A DNA stretch of 64,000 nucleotides from Candidatus Falkowbacteria bacterium (lineage in GTDB: Bacteria > Patescibacteriota > Patescibacteriia > CAIXNZ01). A model generated the notes under the pieces. It made no database searches. It was not told the origin of the DNA and saw nothing but the letters and a program-made list of their open reading frames with translations. Both the position numbers and the translations under genes were made by a program. The stretch covers positions 256,771 through 320,770 of the forward strand of contig CAVZGV010000003.1 of NCBI GenBank assembly GCA_963774955.1, given 5' to 3'. Shown piece after piece: positions 1 to 9,449 of the stretch; within the stretch, counting starts at the first letter, position 1, and every line of letters begins with the position of its first letter.

Positions 1-112
1 CACAACTAATAGTGACGGCAGTGTGAGTGCTACATCTGTTCAGATTAGACCGGCTACTCCTGATGGCAATTCGGTCACCCCACCAAATTTACCCCCTCCG
101 GCAGGAAATTAA
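1..112 (+). CDS. 3' end of a gene entering the window (possibly a DUF5666-like exported protein)
   Basis: Frame 2 is open from the window start: TTNSDGSVSATSVQIRPATPDGNSVTPPNLPPPAGN*, followed by a terminator hairpin. Confidence 0.55.
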   Translation, partial: TTNSDGSVSATSVQIRPATPDGNSVTPPNLPPPAGN

Positions 113-126
113 ATTCAAGTATTACC

Positions 127-158
127 AAAAGTCGTCCTCACTTTGGGGGCGACTTTTT
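127..158 (+). terminator. Intrinsic terminator
   Basis: aaaagtcgtcctc-acttt-gggggcgacttttt hairpin (G-U pairs) plus T tract after the stop at 112. Confidence 0.7.
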
Positions 159-178
159 AGTTTTTAAAAACATACAAT

Positions 179-214
179 AAAAAAAGCCCCGTTCCACTTA
201 ATGGAACAGAGCTT
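179..214 (-). terminator. Intrinsic terminator of the 223..1530 gene
   Basis: aagccccgttcca-cttaa-tggaacagagctt hairpin; the preceding A tract is a U tract on the minus strand. Confidence 0.6.
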
Positions 215-222
215 AGTCTTGG

Positions 223-1530
223 CTATTTTTTATCACCAAGATATTGGTCGTAGGCGGCTTTTAGTTCGCTCAGAGTATTGACTCTTTGCGGCCCGGTTTG
301 CCTGATCAGTAAATCTTTGAGAAAATCGGTCAAAAAATCCTTGATTTTGTCAATGAAGGTCGCAGCCTGTTTGCCGAAATCATTATTTTCCTGAATGTTC
401 ATTTGCGAAGTGAAAAAGCTAACAACCACTTCGGCTTCCTGGCTGAAGGGATAATCCAGCATCAAGGAGTGAGAGCCGTTAAGTATACTGCTGATTTCCT
501 GGGTAATCAGGTTAATGATCGCGGGTATTGTCTCTTTTTCACTTGTCATTTCTTTTTTGAAATGCAAGGTAAAGACAATTAAGACATGGTGAAAAGCTTG
601 GGTTAAAAGCTGATTGTCGTCAGGTACCTCCGGCTCTATAGGTACGACTTCATAATCCAGGAGTTGTTCCTTCGGGAATTCAGGCAGGTCAGGATCAGGC
701 TGTTTCGAAGTTTGAGAAAGTTTCAACCGGTCTTGGAGCCTCTGGTTCTCCTCCCGGACTATATCCAGCTTGGCTCTCAGTTCGGTCAGTTGTGCCTGCA
801 AAGGTTCAATCTGCTGCTGAGATTTTTTAGCCGCAGATATTGCCTCTCTACGGAGTTTCTCATTTTGTTGCTGCAGCCCAGCAATATCCTTAACCATTTT
901 TTCAACCGGAATTTGAGGCAGTTCTTCCAACTCGGAAAGGATAATTTCCGGAAGATCGGCATTTTGTTTCGCCATTTTTTTGTATTCTTCCAGTTGCCTA
1001 TGGGTTTGAAGCAAGAGTGCTTCCCGGTTTCGGTCAGTGGCCATCAGCTCTTTTTCCGTTTGCCTTAATTGTTCACGGACAATTTCGCACTGGGTAGTCA
1101 TCTGCTGCAAGATTATCTTTTGTTCAGCTTGTAAGGTTCTGATCTCCTGCTTATGAGCTTGTTCCATCTCGTCGATTTGCGTTTGAAGTTGTTGAACTAC
1201 GCTATTCGGCGTAATGGTAGTCTGATCAGCTGTTTGGCACCTGCGTTCAATATGGGAGTGAGCAAAGTAGGGAATGCCGTCAATGGTCAGAATATCAGCT
1301 GATTCTGCCTTATCATTTGCTTCCCCAACTAATTGTAGGGTCGGCAATTTACTCAATTCATCCAGTTGCGGGATTTTTTCCCTGCTGTTGATATAAAGGG
1401 TATTACCGAGAATGAAGGCATCAGTCCCTTTGGGACCGAAAATCGCGCTTAAGCCAGTTAAATTGTGGCCTTCGATTGTTGCCAGGACGCCAAATGGTCT
1501 CTGGATAATAACTTTTATCTGATCTGTCAT
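223..1530 (-). CDS. Hypothetical protein with a long central coiled coil (orphan)
   Basis: 435 aa ORF with a Q/E/L/K heptad-rich middle; AGGAGG SD at 1539-1544 (minus strand); own promoter and terminator. Confidence 0.75.
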   Translation of the reverse strand: MTDQIKVIIQRPFGVLATIEGHNLTGLSAIFGPKGTDAFILGNTLYINSREKIPQLDELSKLPTLQLVGEANDKAESADILTIDGIPYFAHSHIERRCQTADQTTITPNSVVQQLQTQIDEMEQAHKQEIRTLQAEQKIILQQMTTQCEIVREQLRQTEKELMATDRNREALLLQTHRQLEEYKKMAKQNADLPEIILSELEELPQIPVEKMVKDIAGLQQQNEKLRREAISAAKKSQQQIEPLQAQLTELRAKLDIVREENQRLQDRLKLSQTSKQPDPDLPEFPKEQLLDYEVVPIEPEVPDDNQLLTQAFHHVLIVFTLHFKKEMTSEKETIPAIINLITQEISSILNGSHSLMLDYPFSQEAEVVVSFFTSQMNIQENNDFGKQAATFIDKIKDFLTDFLKDLLIRQTGPQRVNTLSELKAAYDQYLGDKK

Positions 1531-1553
1531 AGAGTTATCCTCCTCTGTTTTTT

Positions 1554-1602
1554 TGTTAAAGAGCTAATAATACAAAATAACATTTTTAGTGTTATTAGTC
1601 AA
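1554..1602 (-). promoter_or_regulatory. sigma70-type promoter plus boxA-like element
   Basis: Minus strand: TTGACT (1597-1602), 17 bp, TGtTATTTT, then GCTCTTTAACA (1554-1564), matching the rrn boxA consensus. Confidence 0.65.
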
Positions 1603-1740
1603 GGTTTTTTTGCTGGTCTTCAGGTACCTGCTGTATAACATAAATAAAGATTTATGGAAAGTTTAAATTAAATATAAATCGTTAAATTCTAGATTTTTTG
1701 GTATAATATGTTAAGAACTAAGGATTAAGAATTGAGGTTC

Positions 1741-2127
1741 ATGCTAAATAAAAGTGAACAAGAGTGGAGAAAAAAATTAACACCTGAGCAGTATCGGGTT
1801 TTAAGAGAAAAGGGGACTGAGCCGGCTTTTACCGGCGAGTATGTTAATACCAATGAGAAGGGGATGTATGTTTGTGCCGCCTGCGGTAATGAATTATTTT
1901 CCTCTGAGACCAAATTTGACGCTGGTTGCGGCTGGCCCAGTTTTTGGCAGGCGGTTGATAACAAGAAAATTATTTTACAGCCGGATCACAGTCATGGCAT
2001 GAATCGCACTGAAGCTGTCTGTGCCCGCTGCGGTGGTCACCTGGGGCATGTTTTTGATGACGGCCCCCAGCCGACCGGTAAAAGATTTTGTATTAATTCA
2101 GTCAGTTTAAATTTCAAAAAACAGTAA
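1741..2127 (+). CDS. msrB: Peptide-methionine (R)-S-oxide reductase MsrB
   Basis: [33 protein letters not shown] and RFCINS motifs; two CxxC zinc sites; ATG at 1741 preferred. Confidence 0.97.
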   Translation: MLNKSEQEWRKKLTPEQYRVLREKGTEPAFTGEYVNTNEKGMYVCAACGNELFSSETKFDAGCGWPSFWQAVDNKKIILQPDHSHGMNRTEAVCARCGGHLGHVFDDGPQPTGKRFCINSVSLNFKKQ

Positions 2128-2207
2128 TTTCTGTAACATTTTGGCTAATTAGCCGTCTTTTATAGTATCTGCCTTCCTGCTAATCGGGGAGGCGGTTAAT
2201 TATATTC

Positions 2208-3962
2208 ATGAAAGATTTCACAAAAAAAACACTGCTAACCTACTGGCATTACAGTTGGCATTACAAAATTACGACCATCTTAACGGTGGGCGGTATTTTT
2301 TGCGCTTCAATTTTACAGCTGATTGAACCGTTATATTTTAAAAAATTCTTTGATTTATTGGTCCAGGGCAATGGTTCTGATATAACTAGTCAGTTAATAG
2401 GCATTTTAGTAATTATTGGCTGTCTGTCAGCCGCATCCTGGCTGAGTTGGCGCACCATGGGATTTTCTATTGTTTATTTAACGTCCAGAACCATGGCTGA
2501 TTTATCCAATTTATGCTTTGCTAAACTGCATTTGCATTCTTTTTCGTATTTTAATAATAATTTTGTCGGTACTTTGGTGAAAAGGGTTCAGTGGTTTGTT
2601 AAAGCCTATGAAAATGTTACAGACCGGATCCTTTTTGATTTGACCACTTTGGCTATCAATATTGTTTTTATTGTGACCGTACTTTTTCTGAGAAATTTTT
2701 ACTTGGGCTTAATTATTCTGATCTGGCTGATAATTTTTATGATTGTTAATTATTTTTTCAGTAAGTATAAATATAAATATGATCTGGCCAGAAATGAAGC
2801 CCAATCAGAGTCAACCGGTTATCTGGCTGATACAGTGACTAATAATGCCAATCTGAAATTGTTTAATGCCTATGAACGCGAAAAACAGGGGTTTGCCGCC
2901 AAGCAGGAAAAAGTCCGAAAGTTAATGTCGTTTTCCTGGAATTTAAGTGAGGTCTTTAATGCTATTCAGGGCGCATTCATGATAAGTTTGGAATTGGGTA
3001 TTTTTTATCTGGCGATCAGGTTGTGGCAGCAGAGCTTAATTACTTTAGGGGATTTTGTCCTGATTCAGTCTTATCTGATCAATATTTTTCAGCGTATCTG
3101 GAATTTTGGCCGTACTATTATGAGAATATACGAAGGCTTATCTGATGCTGAAGAAATGACCGTTATTCTAAACACAAAGCCGGAAATTCAGGATGTACTT
3201 AAAGCTAAGAATTTATCAGTTAATAAGGGCGAGATTCAATTTAAGGAAGTTGGTTTTAATTATCACCAGACCAGGGAAGTGCTGAAAAACTTCAATCTGA
3301 CAATTAAACCAGGGGAACGGGTGGCTTTAATCGGACCTTCAGGCGCTGGAAAAACTACAATTGCCAAAATACTTTTACGTATGCATGATTTGTCAGGGGG
3401 CAAGATTTTAATTGACGGTCAAAATATAGCCCAGGTAACCCAGGAGAGTTTATGGGGAAATATCAGTTTGGTGCCCCAGGATCCGATTTTATTCCACCGG
3501 CCTTTGCTGGAAAATATCAGATATGGTCAGCCAAAAGCCAGTAAAAAAGACATAATTGCCGCGGCTACGGCAGCCAATTGCCATGAATTTATTGAAAATT
3601 TACCGCAGGGTTATGAAACATATGTCGGTGAACGAGGCATTAAATTGTCAGGTGGTGAACGCCAGCGCGTGGCTATTGCCCGAGCGATTTTGCACAATGC
3701 ACCGATTTTAATCCTGGACGAAGCGACTTCAAGTTTGGATTCAGAATCTGAAGGCTTGATTCAGGACGCCTTGGATAAATTGATGAAGGATAAAACCGTG
3801 ATTGTCATTGCCCATCGTTTATCAACGATCAGGAAAATGGATCGGATTGTTGTCATTGATCAGGGTAAAATTATGGAAGAGGGAACACATAAGGAGTTAA
3901 TTACCAAGAAAGCTGGTATCTATAAAAAACTGTGGGAATTACAGGCTGGCGGGTTTATTTAA
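2208..3962 (+). CDS. ABC transporter, fused permease/ATP-binding (MsbA/ABCB-like exporter)
   Basis: N-terminal TM domain; Walker A GPSGAGKT, LSGGERQR signature, Walker B ILILDEATS, AHRLST. Confidence 0.95.
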   Translation: MKDFTKKTLLTYWHYSWHYKITTILTVGGIFCASILQLIEPLYFKKFFDLLVQGNGSDITSQLIGILVIIGCLSAASWLSWRTMGFSIVYLTSRTMADLSNLCFAKLHLHSFSYFNNNFVGTLVKRVQWFVKAYENVTDRILFDLTTLAINIVFIVTVLFLRNFYLGLIILIWLIIFMIVNYFFSKYKYKYDLARNEAQSESTGYLADTVTNNANLKLFNAYEREKQGFAAKQEKVRKLMSFSWNLSEVFNAIQGAFMISLELGIFYLAIRLWQQSLITLGDFVLIQSYLINIFQRIWNFGRTIMRIYEGLSDAEEMTVILNTKPEIQDVLKAKNLSVNKGEIQFKEVGFNYHQTREVLKNFNLTIKPGERVALIGPSGAGKTTIAKILLRMHDLSGGKILIDGQNIAQVTQESLWGNISLVPQDPILFHRPLLENIRYGQPKASKKDIIAAATAANCHEFIENLPQGYETYVGERGIKLSGGERQRVAIARAILHNAPILILDEATSSLDSESEGLIQDALDKLMKDKTVIVIAHRLSTIRKMDRIVVIDQGKIMEEGTHKELITKKAGIYKKLWELQAGGFI

Positions 3963-3990
3963 ATGTTTAGGTTTTAAGTAGACGTATATG

Positions 3991-4022
3991 AAAAAAGAGC
4001 TCCGCGGTTGCGGGGCTCTTTC
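3991..4022. terminator. Bidirectional intrinsic terminator
   Basis: aaagagctccgc-ggtt-gcggggctcttt between convergent genes. Confidence 0.7.
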
Positions 4023-4040
4023 GATTTTAATTTTTTGCCA

Positions 4041-4607
4041 TTATCTGGCAAAGGGGTCGATGGTATCCATCTTTTTGGTGCGGAAGGTTTCTTCGGTTGC
4101 TTCCGTGGTGATGGTTTTGCTCAGTTCATCCAGGTTGATTCTGGGGAAGCCGAAAATACCGGCGACCAGGCTGTTGGGGAAAGTCAGCAGGCTTTCCCTG
4201 TACACTCGTATTCTGTCGATTTTGTCCCGCTGTTTGGCCTCGAAACTGTTGTAGCCGGCTTCGATCACGGCTTGCAACTTGAGAAAGACAGCTGAGTCGA
4301 TCGTAGGATTTTGTTCCGTGATCAGGCTGATGGCAGCTTTGGAGCCACCGTCGCCGTAACGGCCGGTCATGGAGGCGTCAATAGCCTTGATAACCATGTC
4401 ACCGTATTTTTCCACGGACAGGCCCTGGGACTTGATGTTGTTGTAGATGCTGGCATGCACGTTTTTCATGTCTTCATGGCTAGCCAGGATGCCCTGTTCC
4501 TGTCTGATCAGGTTATTGTATGAGCCGAGTACGTAGATACCGCAGCCACCGACAACGGCGACCAGACCACAGACGATGACCAATACGAACACTCCAACCG
4601 TTTTCAT
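4041..4607 (-). CDS. LemA-like membrane-anchored protein
   Basis: ATG at 4607 after an AGGAGG SD; N-terminal TM, then SYNNLIRQEQ and C-terminal TFPNSLVAGIFGF, LemA-like hallmarks. Confidence 0.7.
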   Translation of the reverse strand: MKTVGVFVLVIVCGLVAVVGGCGIYVLGSYNNLIRQEQGILASHEDMKNVHASIYNNIKSQGLSVEKYGDMVIKAIDASMTGRYGDGGSKAAISLITEQNPTIDSAVFLKLQAVIEAGYNSFEAKQRDKIDRIRVYRESLLTFPNSLVAGIFGFPRINLDELSKTITTEATEETFRTKKMDTIDPFAR

Positions 4608-4627
4608 TTTCTTCCTCCTAATAGGGG

Positions 4628-5944
4628 TTAATTGCGCCATTTGTTGTTGACAAGGATAAAGGAAGTCAGCCAAGAGGTTGCTCCACCCAAAAGCACGATC
4701 AGAACCTGGCACCACCAGGGCAGGGAAATTTCCGAGACCAGGTATTCCAAGTTAGCCATGGGCAGTCGTTCAAAACCACCTGCGTTCGGCGGTTTGGCGA
4801 TCTGATCCACAATGATATCGCCGACTTCCTGAGGATTGGTCAGGAGCGGCAATTTCATCAGCCGATCGCGCAATTCAATCTTGAAGGCCTCCACTTCGGT
4901 CCAGGCCAGGATATGGACAAAGTTTTTTTCCGGGAAATTGGTAATCCCCAGAATAACCACCACGTCATTTTTCTTGCTGTTGACCCAGGCTTGTTCCAGA
5001 GCATAACCGAATTTGGGATCAGAGGTGTTAACCAGATAGACTATGATGTTAACCTGTTTGTGATGTCCCAGTCTGGTTAAGGCAATATCAAGCTGTTTGT
5101 CCAGTTGATTTACCCAATCCTTGGGGAGCTTAACTCCGGCATCAATGACCCGATTGATTTCAATCGGACCAAATTTGGAGCCATAAACTCTAGGATAAGG
5201 TTTAATCAGGGTTTGGAACCCGGTTTGGCCGCGTCTTTTCCTGATCGAATCAGAGGCGCGTAAGTAATTGACATAGTCGTGTTCGCGGCTGGCCGGGATT
5301 AGTTTCTCAGGCTTATTGTCATAAGCGGCATAAAACATATCGCCGTCACCGACACTGACTTGGTTTGAATGATGTAGGTCTACTTTTTTCTCATTACCAA
5401 AGTGCTGGACATAGGACCGGTAGATATTTCTATCAGTGTCAAAATTACCGGCCGTGGTCTGAACTTTCCATTCGGGGTCATGACGGACATTGTAATATTC
5501 AGTGTGCGAACTGGTGCAGTGTCCATCTTTATCCCGTGCATCGCAAACACTTCTTGATTTTCTTTCAGTCCAGGCTTCATAATATTCAGCCCGGGAAGTG
5601 TAGCCATTCCAGACTTCTGTATCAATCAGTTCGGTTGAAGTCCGGAAAAACAGGGCAAAAAGACCGGTAATAACCACAAAGGATACAAGGATTTGGATCG
5701 GCAGTTCAATCCACATGAATTCTTTGGGGTTGGTAAGTTTTCTAAAAAAGCCGAAAACACCGGCCACAAAGACCATAATCCAAAAGCCGATGTTGTGGGT
5801 AATGACAATTGAAAGTTTGCCACCGGCCTCATAGGCATACCAAATTGAGCCGATAATGCCTCCGATAACTGCCAAGGCAAAAAGACCCAAAATGACCACA
5901 GCCTTGATAGTTTCCCAATCCCAGTTGCTCTGCCTGTATCTCAT
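4628..5944 (-). CDS. Multi-pass membrane protein with a large extracytoplasmic domain (TPM-like C-terminal part), partner of the LemA-like gene
   Basis: Three N-terminal TMs, DTEVWNG motif, AW...KKNDVVVILG segment, C-terminal TM; SD at 5957-5962. Confidence 0.7.
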   Translation of the reverse strand: MRYRQSNWDWETIKAVVILGLFALAVIGGIIGSIWYAYEAGGKLSIVITHNIGFWIMVFVAGVFGFFRKLTNPKEFMWIELPIQILVSFVVITGLFALFFRTSTELIDTEVWNGYTSRAEYYEAWTERKSRSVCDARDKDGHCTSSHTEYYNVRHDPEWKVQTTAGNFDTDRNIYRSYVQHFGNEKKVDLHHSNQVSVGDGDMFYAAYDNKPEKLIPASREHDYVNYLRASDSIRKRRGQTGFQTLIKPYPRVYGSKFGPIEINRVIDAGVKLPKDWVNQLDKQLDIALTRLGHHKQVNIIVYLVNTSDPKFGYALEQAWVNSKKNDVVVILGITNFPEKNFVHILAWTEVEAFKIELRDRLMKLPLLTNPQEVGDIIVDQIAKPPNAGGFERLPMANLEYLVSEISLPWWCQVLIVLLGGATSWLTSFILVNNKWRN

Positions 5945-5975
5945 TTTTTAAGTATTCCTCCTTATTTGAATTTAA

Positions 5976-6020
5976 TTTTAAAGGACATTATATAATATCA
6001 AATTATGGTCATTATGTCAA
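5976..6020 (-). promoter_or_regulatory. sigma70-type promoter plus boxA-like element
   Basis: Minus strand: TTGACA (6015-6020), 17 bp, TGaTATTAT, then GTCCTTTAAAA (5976-5986). Confidence 0.65.
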
Positions 6021-6097
6021 TGGGGGCGATGGTGTTAAAGTACCCTTGATTTTTTTATGGTTTTATGATATTCTGCTATAATAATAAAAAGAACCAT

Positions 6098-7303
6098 ATG
6101 ATTAAAGATTATTTCATTCCACATAGCCTAAATAACTACCAGCCGCATATTTTGCATCCTAAGCGTCTGCTTTTTCACGGTACGGCTGCAATATTGATTA
6201 AAGTTTTTGTGCTGGTCTCTCTTTTAGTGTTGCCGGCTTCAGGTTGGTTGACTCCGGATGTCATGACTGAACAAAGCCACGAGATTATTAATCTTACCAA
6301 CCAGTTGCGTCAAGAGTCCGGACTCGAGCCTTTAGTTGAAAATGCCCAATTAAATCAAGCCGCCTACAATAAGGTTCAGGATATGATGATCGGACAATAT
6401 TTTTCACATCTGAGCCCCGCCAATCTCGGTTTGGCAGACTGGTTAAAATTAGCTGACTATCCTTATGCCGTGGCCGGTGAAAATTTGGCCATGGGTTTTT
6501 CATCAGCTAAACAGGTGGTGGCTGCCTGGCAAAAAAGTAAAACTCATAATGCCAATCTGCTCGATCCTGATTTTAAGGAAATCGGAGTGGCTATGGTCAG
6601 CAATATATATAAAAAGCATGATACCACAATGGTAGCTCAATATTTCGGCACACAAAAAGTCAGTCTGGGTTTAAAACCAGCAACGCAGTTAACTCAGTCG
6701 GACTATAATACAACTCCTGATTCTCAAGTACTAGGCGTTAAGATTTTTGATGATAAATCTTTAGGAAGTAATACTTTACCGGTTATTGATCTAACCAAAA
6801 CCAAAATATATTTAAACCAACCTATCGGTCAAGAAGATAAAGTAATTCAGGTCATGGCATTTTTAAGCGCAGATACAGTTTCTGCCGGCGCCAATTTTGG
6901 CAGTTATCATTTAGAATTACAAAAGGATGATCAGGGAAATAACTGGTTTGGTAATCTATTCATCCCGGCTGAAGATGCAGAGGGAATTTTTGATCCGATT
7001 GTATTAGCCAGCCTGACCGCCATGGACGCGACCGGCAATACCACCACCAGTGACATTGACTGGGCAAATATTGAAACGATCAAACCATCTTTGGTCAAAC
7101 AGTACTTGTTTATTAAAAACAGCTCCTCTTGGGGGGTTAGAACTTTAGTCGGAGCCAGTAGAATCTATTTTTCACTTTTATTACTAATCGGCATTATTGT
7201 TTTATGCCTGAATATTTTTATTGAGATACGAAAACAGTGCGCTCATATAATTACTTCGTCCCTGGCTTTAATCGGGTTATTAATAATTTTAATAATATTT
7301 TAA
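6098..7303 (+). CDS. CAP/SCP domain membrane protein
   Basis: FIPH..NNYQPHIL N-terminus; LTNQLR, YFSH, AGENLAMGF and W..S.TH.ANLL CAP motifs; two C-terminal TMs; ATG at 6098 preferred. Confidence 0.9.
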   Translation: MIKDYFIPHSLNNYQPHILHPKRLLFHGTAAILIKVFVLVSLLVLPASGWLTPDVMTEQSHEIINLTNQLRQESGLEPLVENAQLNQAAYNKVQDMMIGQYFSHLSPANLGLADWLKLADYPYAVAGENLAMGFSSAKQVVAAWQKSKTHNANLLDPDFKEIGVAMVSNIYKKHDTTMVAQYFGTQKVSLGLKPATQLTQSDYNTTPDSQVLGVKIFDDKSLGSNTLPVIDLTKTKIYLNQPIGQEDKVIQVMAFLSADTVSAGANFGSYHLELQKDDQGNNWFGNLFIPAEDAEGIFDPIVLASLTAMDATGNTTTSDIDWANIETIKPSLVKQYLFIKNSSSWGVRTLVGASRIYFSLLLLIGIIVLCLNIFIEIRKQCAHIITSSLALIGLLIILIIF

Positions 7304-7326
7304 TATTTAATTTTAATTTAAAAATT

Positions 7327-9330
7327 ATGTCAAACAAAGGGAAATTAATATCTTTAGGCGCAGTTTTTTTCTTTTTAGCGCTGATGTTTATGCCTCAGGC
7401 CTCAAAAGCTTTTACAGTTTTTCCGACTTCAGCAGCTTGTACCGCTTCTGGCGGAGTTATGGGAGATTTGAATCATGATACGAAAATAAATGATTTGGAT
7501 GTCGCCGTAATTAGTCATATATTTGTTGGTACCGAACCATATACCCCTTGTGGCGATTTTGATAGTGATGGCATTATTGGTCCCGGAGAAATGTCGCAAC
7601 TCAGGACTTTATCCTGGGATATTGACGCCGGCCGAGTAATAGCTCCGACAGCTGAACTTTGGACCAATAGTTTTTATAATCCTTACAGAATCCCGGCTTG
7701 TCAGACAGTATTTGGCGATGTAAACGGTGATTTAAAAGCTGATTATCAGGATGTGTCCATTATTCAGTATATGATTGTGATGAAATTGCCTGCTAGTTTA
7801 TGCGGTGATTCTAATAGTAACGGTATTATCTCACCTGTTGATTATTCAGTTTCTCAAGGAATTAGCCTAGGCCTTTCATATGCTCATTTGGAAAAACCAA
7901 TTATTACCTTGATTGGCTCTAACCAAATTACTTTACAAGTTGGTACCGTCTATACTGAATTGGGAGCTACCGCGAATGATACTCAAGATGGTGATTTGAC
8001 CGCTTCTATTTTAATTGATTCTTCTGCTGTAAATACTGCTGTTGTGGGGACATATGTTGTTACCTATAATGTGACTGATTCCAACGGCAATAACGCTATG
8101 GAACGACTACGACAAGTAAATGTTGTTGATACAACCATTCCAGTCATTACATTATTAGGGGTAAATCCTCAGGCTATTGCCAGAGGACGTGCTTATGTTG
8201 AATTAGGAGCCACAGCTAATGATAATTATGACGGTGATATTACCGCTTCAATTCTTATAGATGCGTCTGCTGTTAATATCAGCGTGGCCGGAACATATAC
8301 TGTGACCTATGATGTTACTGATGCCAACGGCAATCCGGCAACTCAGGTAACCAGAACCGTGAATGTTATTTCAACAGGCTCTGGCAGCGGAGATGTGACT
8401 CCACCGACAAATTTAAGCTTGGTCATTAATGACGACGCTAATATTTCAAATAATATAAATGTAATTTTGACCATTGGAGCTACGGATGCCAGTCAAATGG
8501 TTATAAGTAATGATTCTGAATTTGACGTTGCTCAATGGGAGCCTTTTAGCACCAGTAAAGATTGGCAGTTGACAGAAGGTTCTGGCCGTAAAGTCGTTTA
8601 TGCAAAATTTAGAGATTCCGCAGGTAATGTTTCGGCTACAATTTCGGACGAAATTACCTTAGTACCGGAAGTCGTGCCAGTTGATGAAACAGAAGGCGCC
8701 ATTATTGAAGAAGGCGAAGTTTTGGGCGAAAAAATTGTGGCAGCCGGAACATTAATAAAAAGAGCGGATATTAGCAGTGTATATTTTATAGGCGCTGACG
8801 ATCGCAGGCACGCTTTTCCGAATGAACCTACCTTTTTCAGTTATTATTCTGATTTTTCAGAGGTGTTGACTGTTTCCGCTGAAACTTTGGCAGCCATACC
8901 TATGGGCAGCAATGTAACTATGAATCCGGGCACCTGGCTGGTAAAAATTCAGTCTGAACCCAGCGTTTATGCTGTGGAGCCATCCGGAGTATTGCGCTGG
9001 ATTTCCAGCGAACAAATTGCTTTAAACTTGTATGGCAGCGGCTGGGAGACTAAAATTGTCGATATTGAACCTACCTTTTTCGTTAATTATCAGATCGGTT
9101 CTGAAATAAAGATAGCCAGTTATCCGACCGGCCAATTGATTTCATACCAGGGCAGCGACAAAGTGTATTACGTTGATCAGGGGCAAATAAGACTTGTTGC
9201 CGCTAATGTTTTCCAGAACAATAATTATCAGAGCAAATTTGTTATAAATAACGCATCCACTTTGATGGCTTATGAAAACGGTCTTGATTTGCCGGCTTCC
9301 GGCATGGAAGTGGTGATTGCCTTGAGATAA
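7327..9330 (+). CDS. Secreted protein: two dockerin-like domains, two DUF5011 Ig-like domains and three C-terminal G.LIK...VY repeats
   Basis: Signal peptide ending ASKA; GDLNHD/GDFDSDG and GDVNGD/GDSNSNG EF-hand pairs; two PxITLxG...YxELGATAND..DGD units; ATG at 7327. Confidence 0.8.
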   Translation: MSNKGKLISLGAVFFFLALMFMPQASKAFTVFPTSAACTASGGVMGDLNHDTKINDLDVAVISHIFVGTEPYTPCGDFDSDGIIGPGEMSQLRTLSWDIDAGRVIAPTAELWTNSFYNPYRIPACQTVFGDVNGDLKADYQDVSIIQYMIVMKLPASLCGDSNSNGIISPVDYSVSQGISLGLSYAHLEKPIITLIGSNQITLQVGTVYTELGATANDTQDGDLTASILIDSSAVNTAVVGTYVVTYNVTDSNGNNAMERLRQVNVVDTTIPVITLLGVNPQAIARGRAYVELGATANDNYDGDITASILIDASAVNISVAGTYTVTYDVTDANGNPATQVTRTVNVISTGSGSGDVTPPTNLSLVINDDANISNNINVILTIGATDASQMVISNDSEFDVAQWEPFSTSKDWQLTEGSGRKVVYAKFRDSAGNVSATISDEITLVPEVVPVDETEGAIIEEGEVLGEKIVAAGTLIKRADISSVYFIGADDRRHAFPNEPTFFSYYSDFSEVLTVSAETLAAIPMGSNVTMNPGTWLVKIQSEPSVYAVEPSGVLRWISSEQIALNLYGSGWETKIVDIEPTFFVNYQIGSEIKIASYPTGQLISYQGSDKVYYVDQGQIRLVAANVFQNNNYQSKFVINNASTLMAYENGLDLPASGMEVVIALR

Positions 9331-9345
9331 CTTTACTCTAAAAAT

Positions 9346-9380
9346 AACAAAGCTCCCTCACGTACGGGGGAGTTTTTGTT
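9346..9380 (+). terminator. Intrinsic terminator
   Basis: aaagctccctc-acgtac-gggggagtttt hairpin plus T tract. Confidence 0.65.
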
Positions 9381-9449
9381 AATCTCGCCAGATAAGCCTT
9401 TTTTTGCTATAATTAAATTGTAATTATGTAATATGTTTTTTTTGAGTCT

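Noticed and set aside
664-1068. 134-aa plus-strand ORF
   Set aside because: Antisense shadow of the 435-aa gene, which has the promoter, SD and terminator
4608-4715. Extended N-terminus of the LemA-like ORF (and similarly the longer starts at 7237, 10979, 13944, 23815 and 33567)
   Set aside because: These overlap neighbouring genes or repeats; downstream starts have an SD or match the family N-terminus
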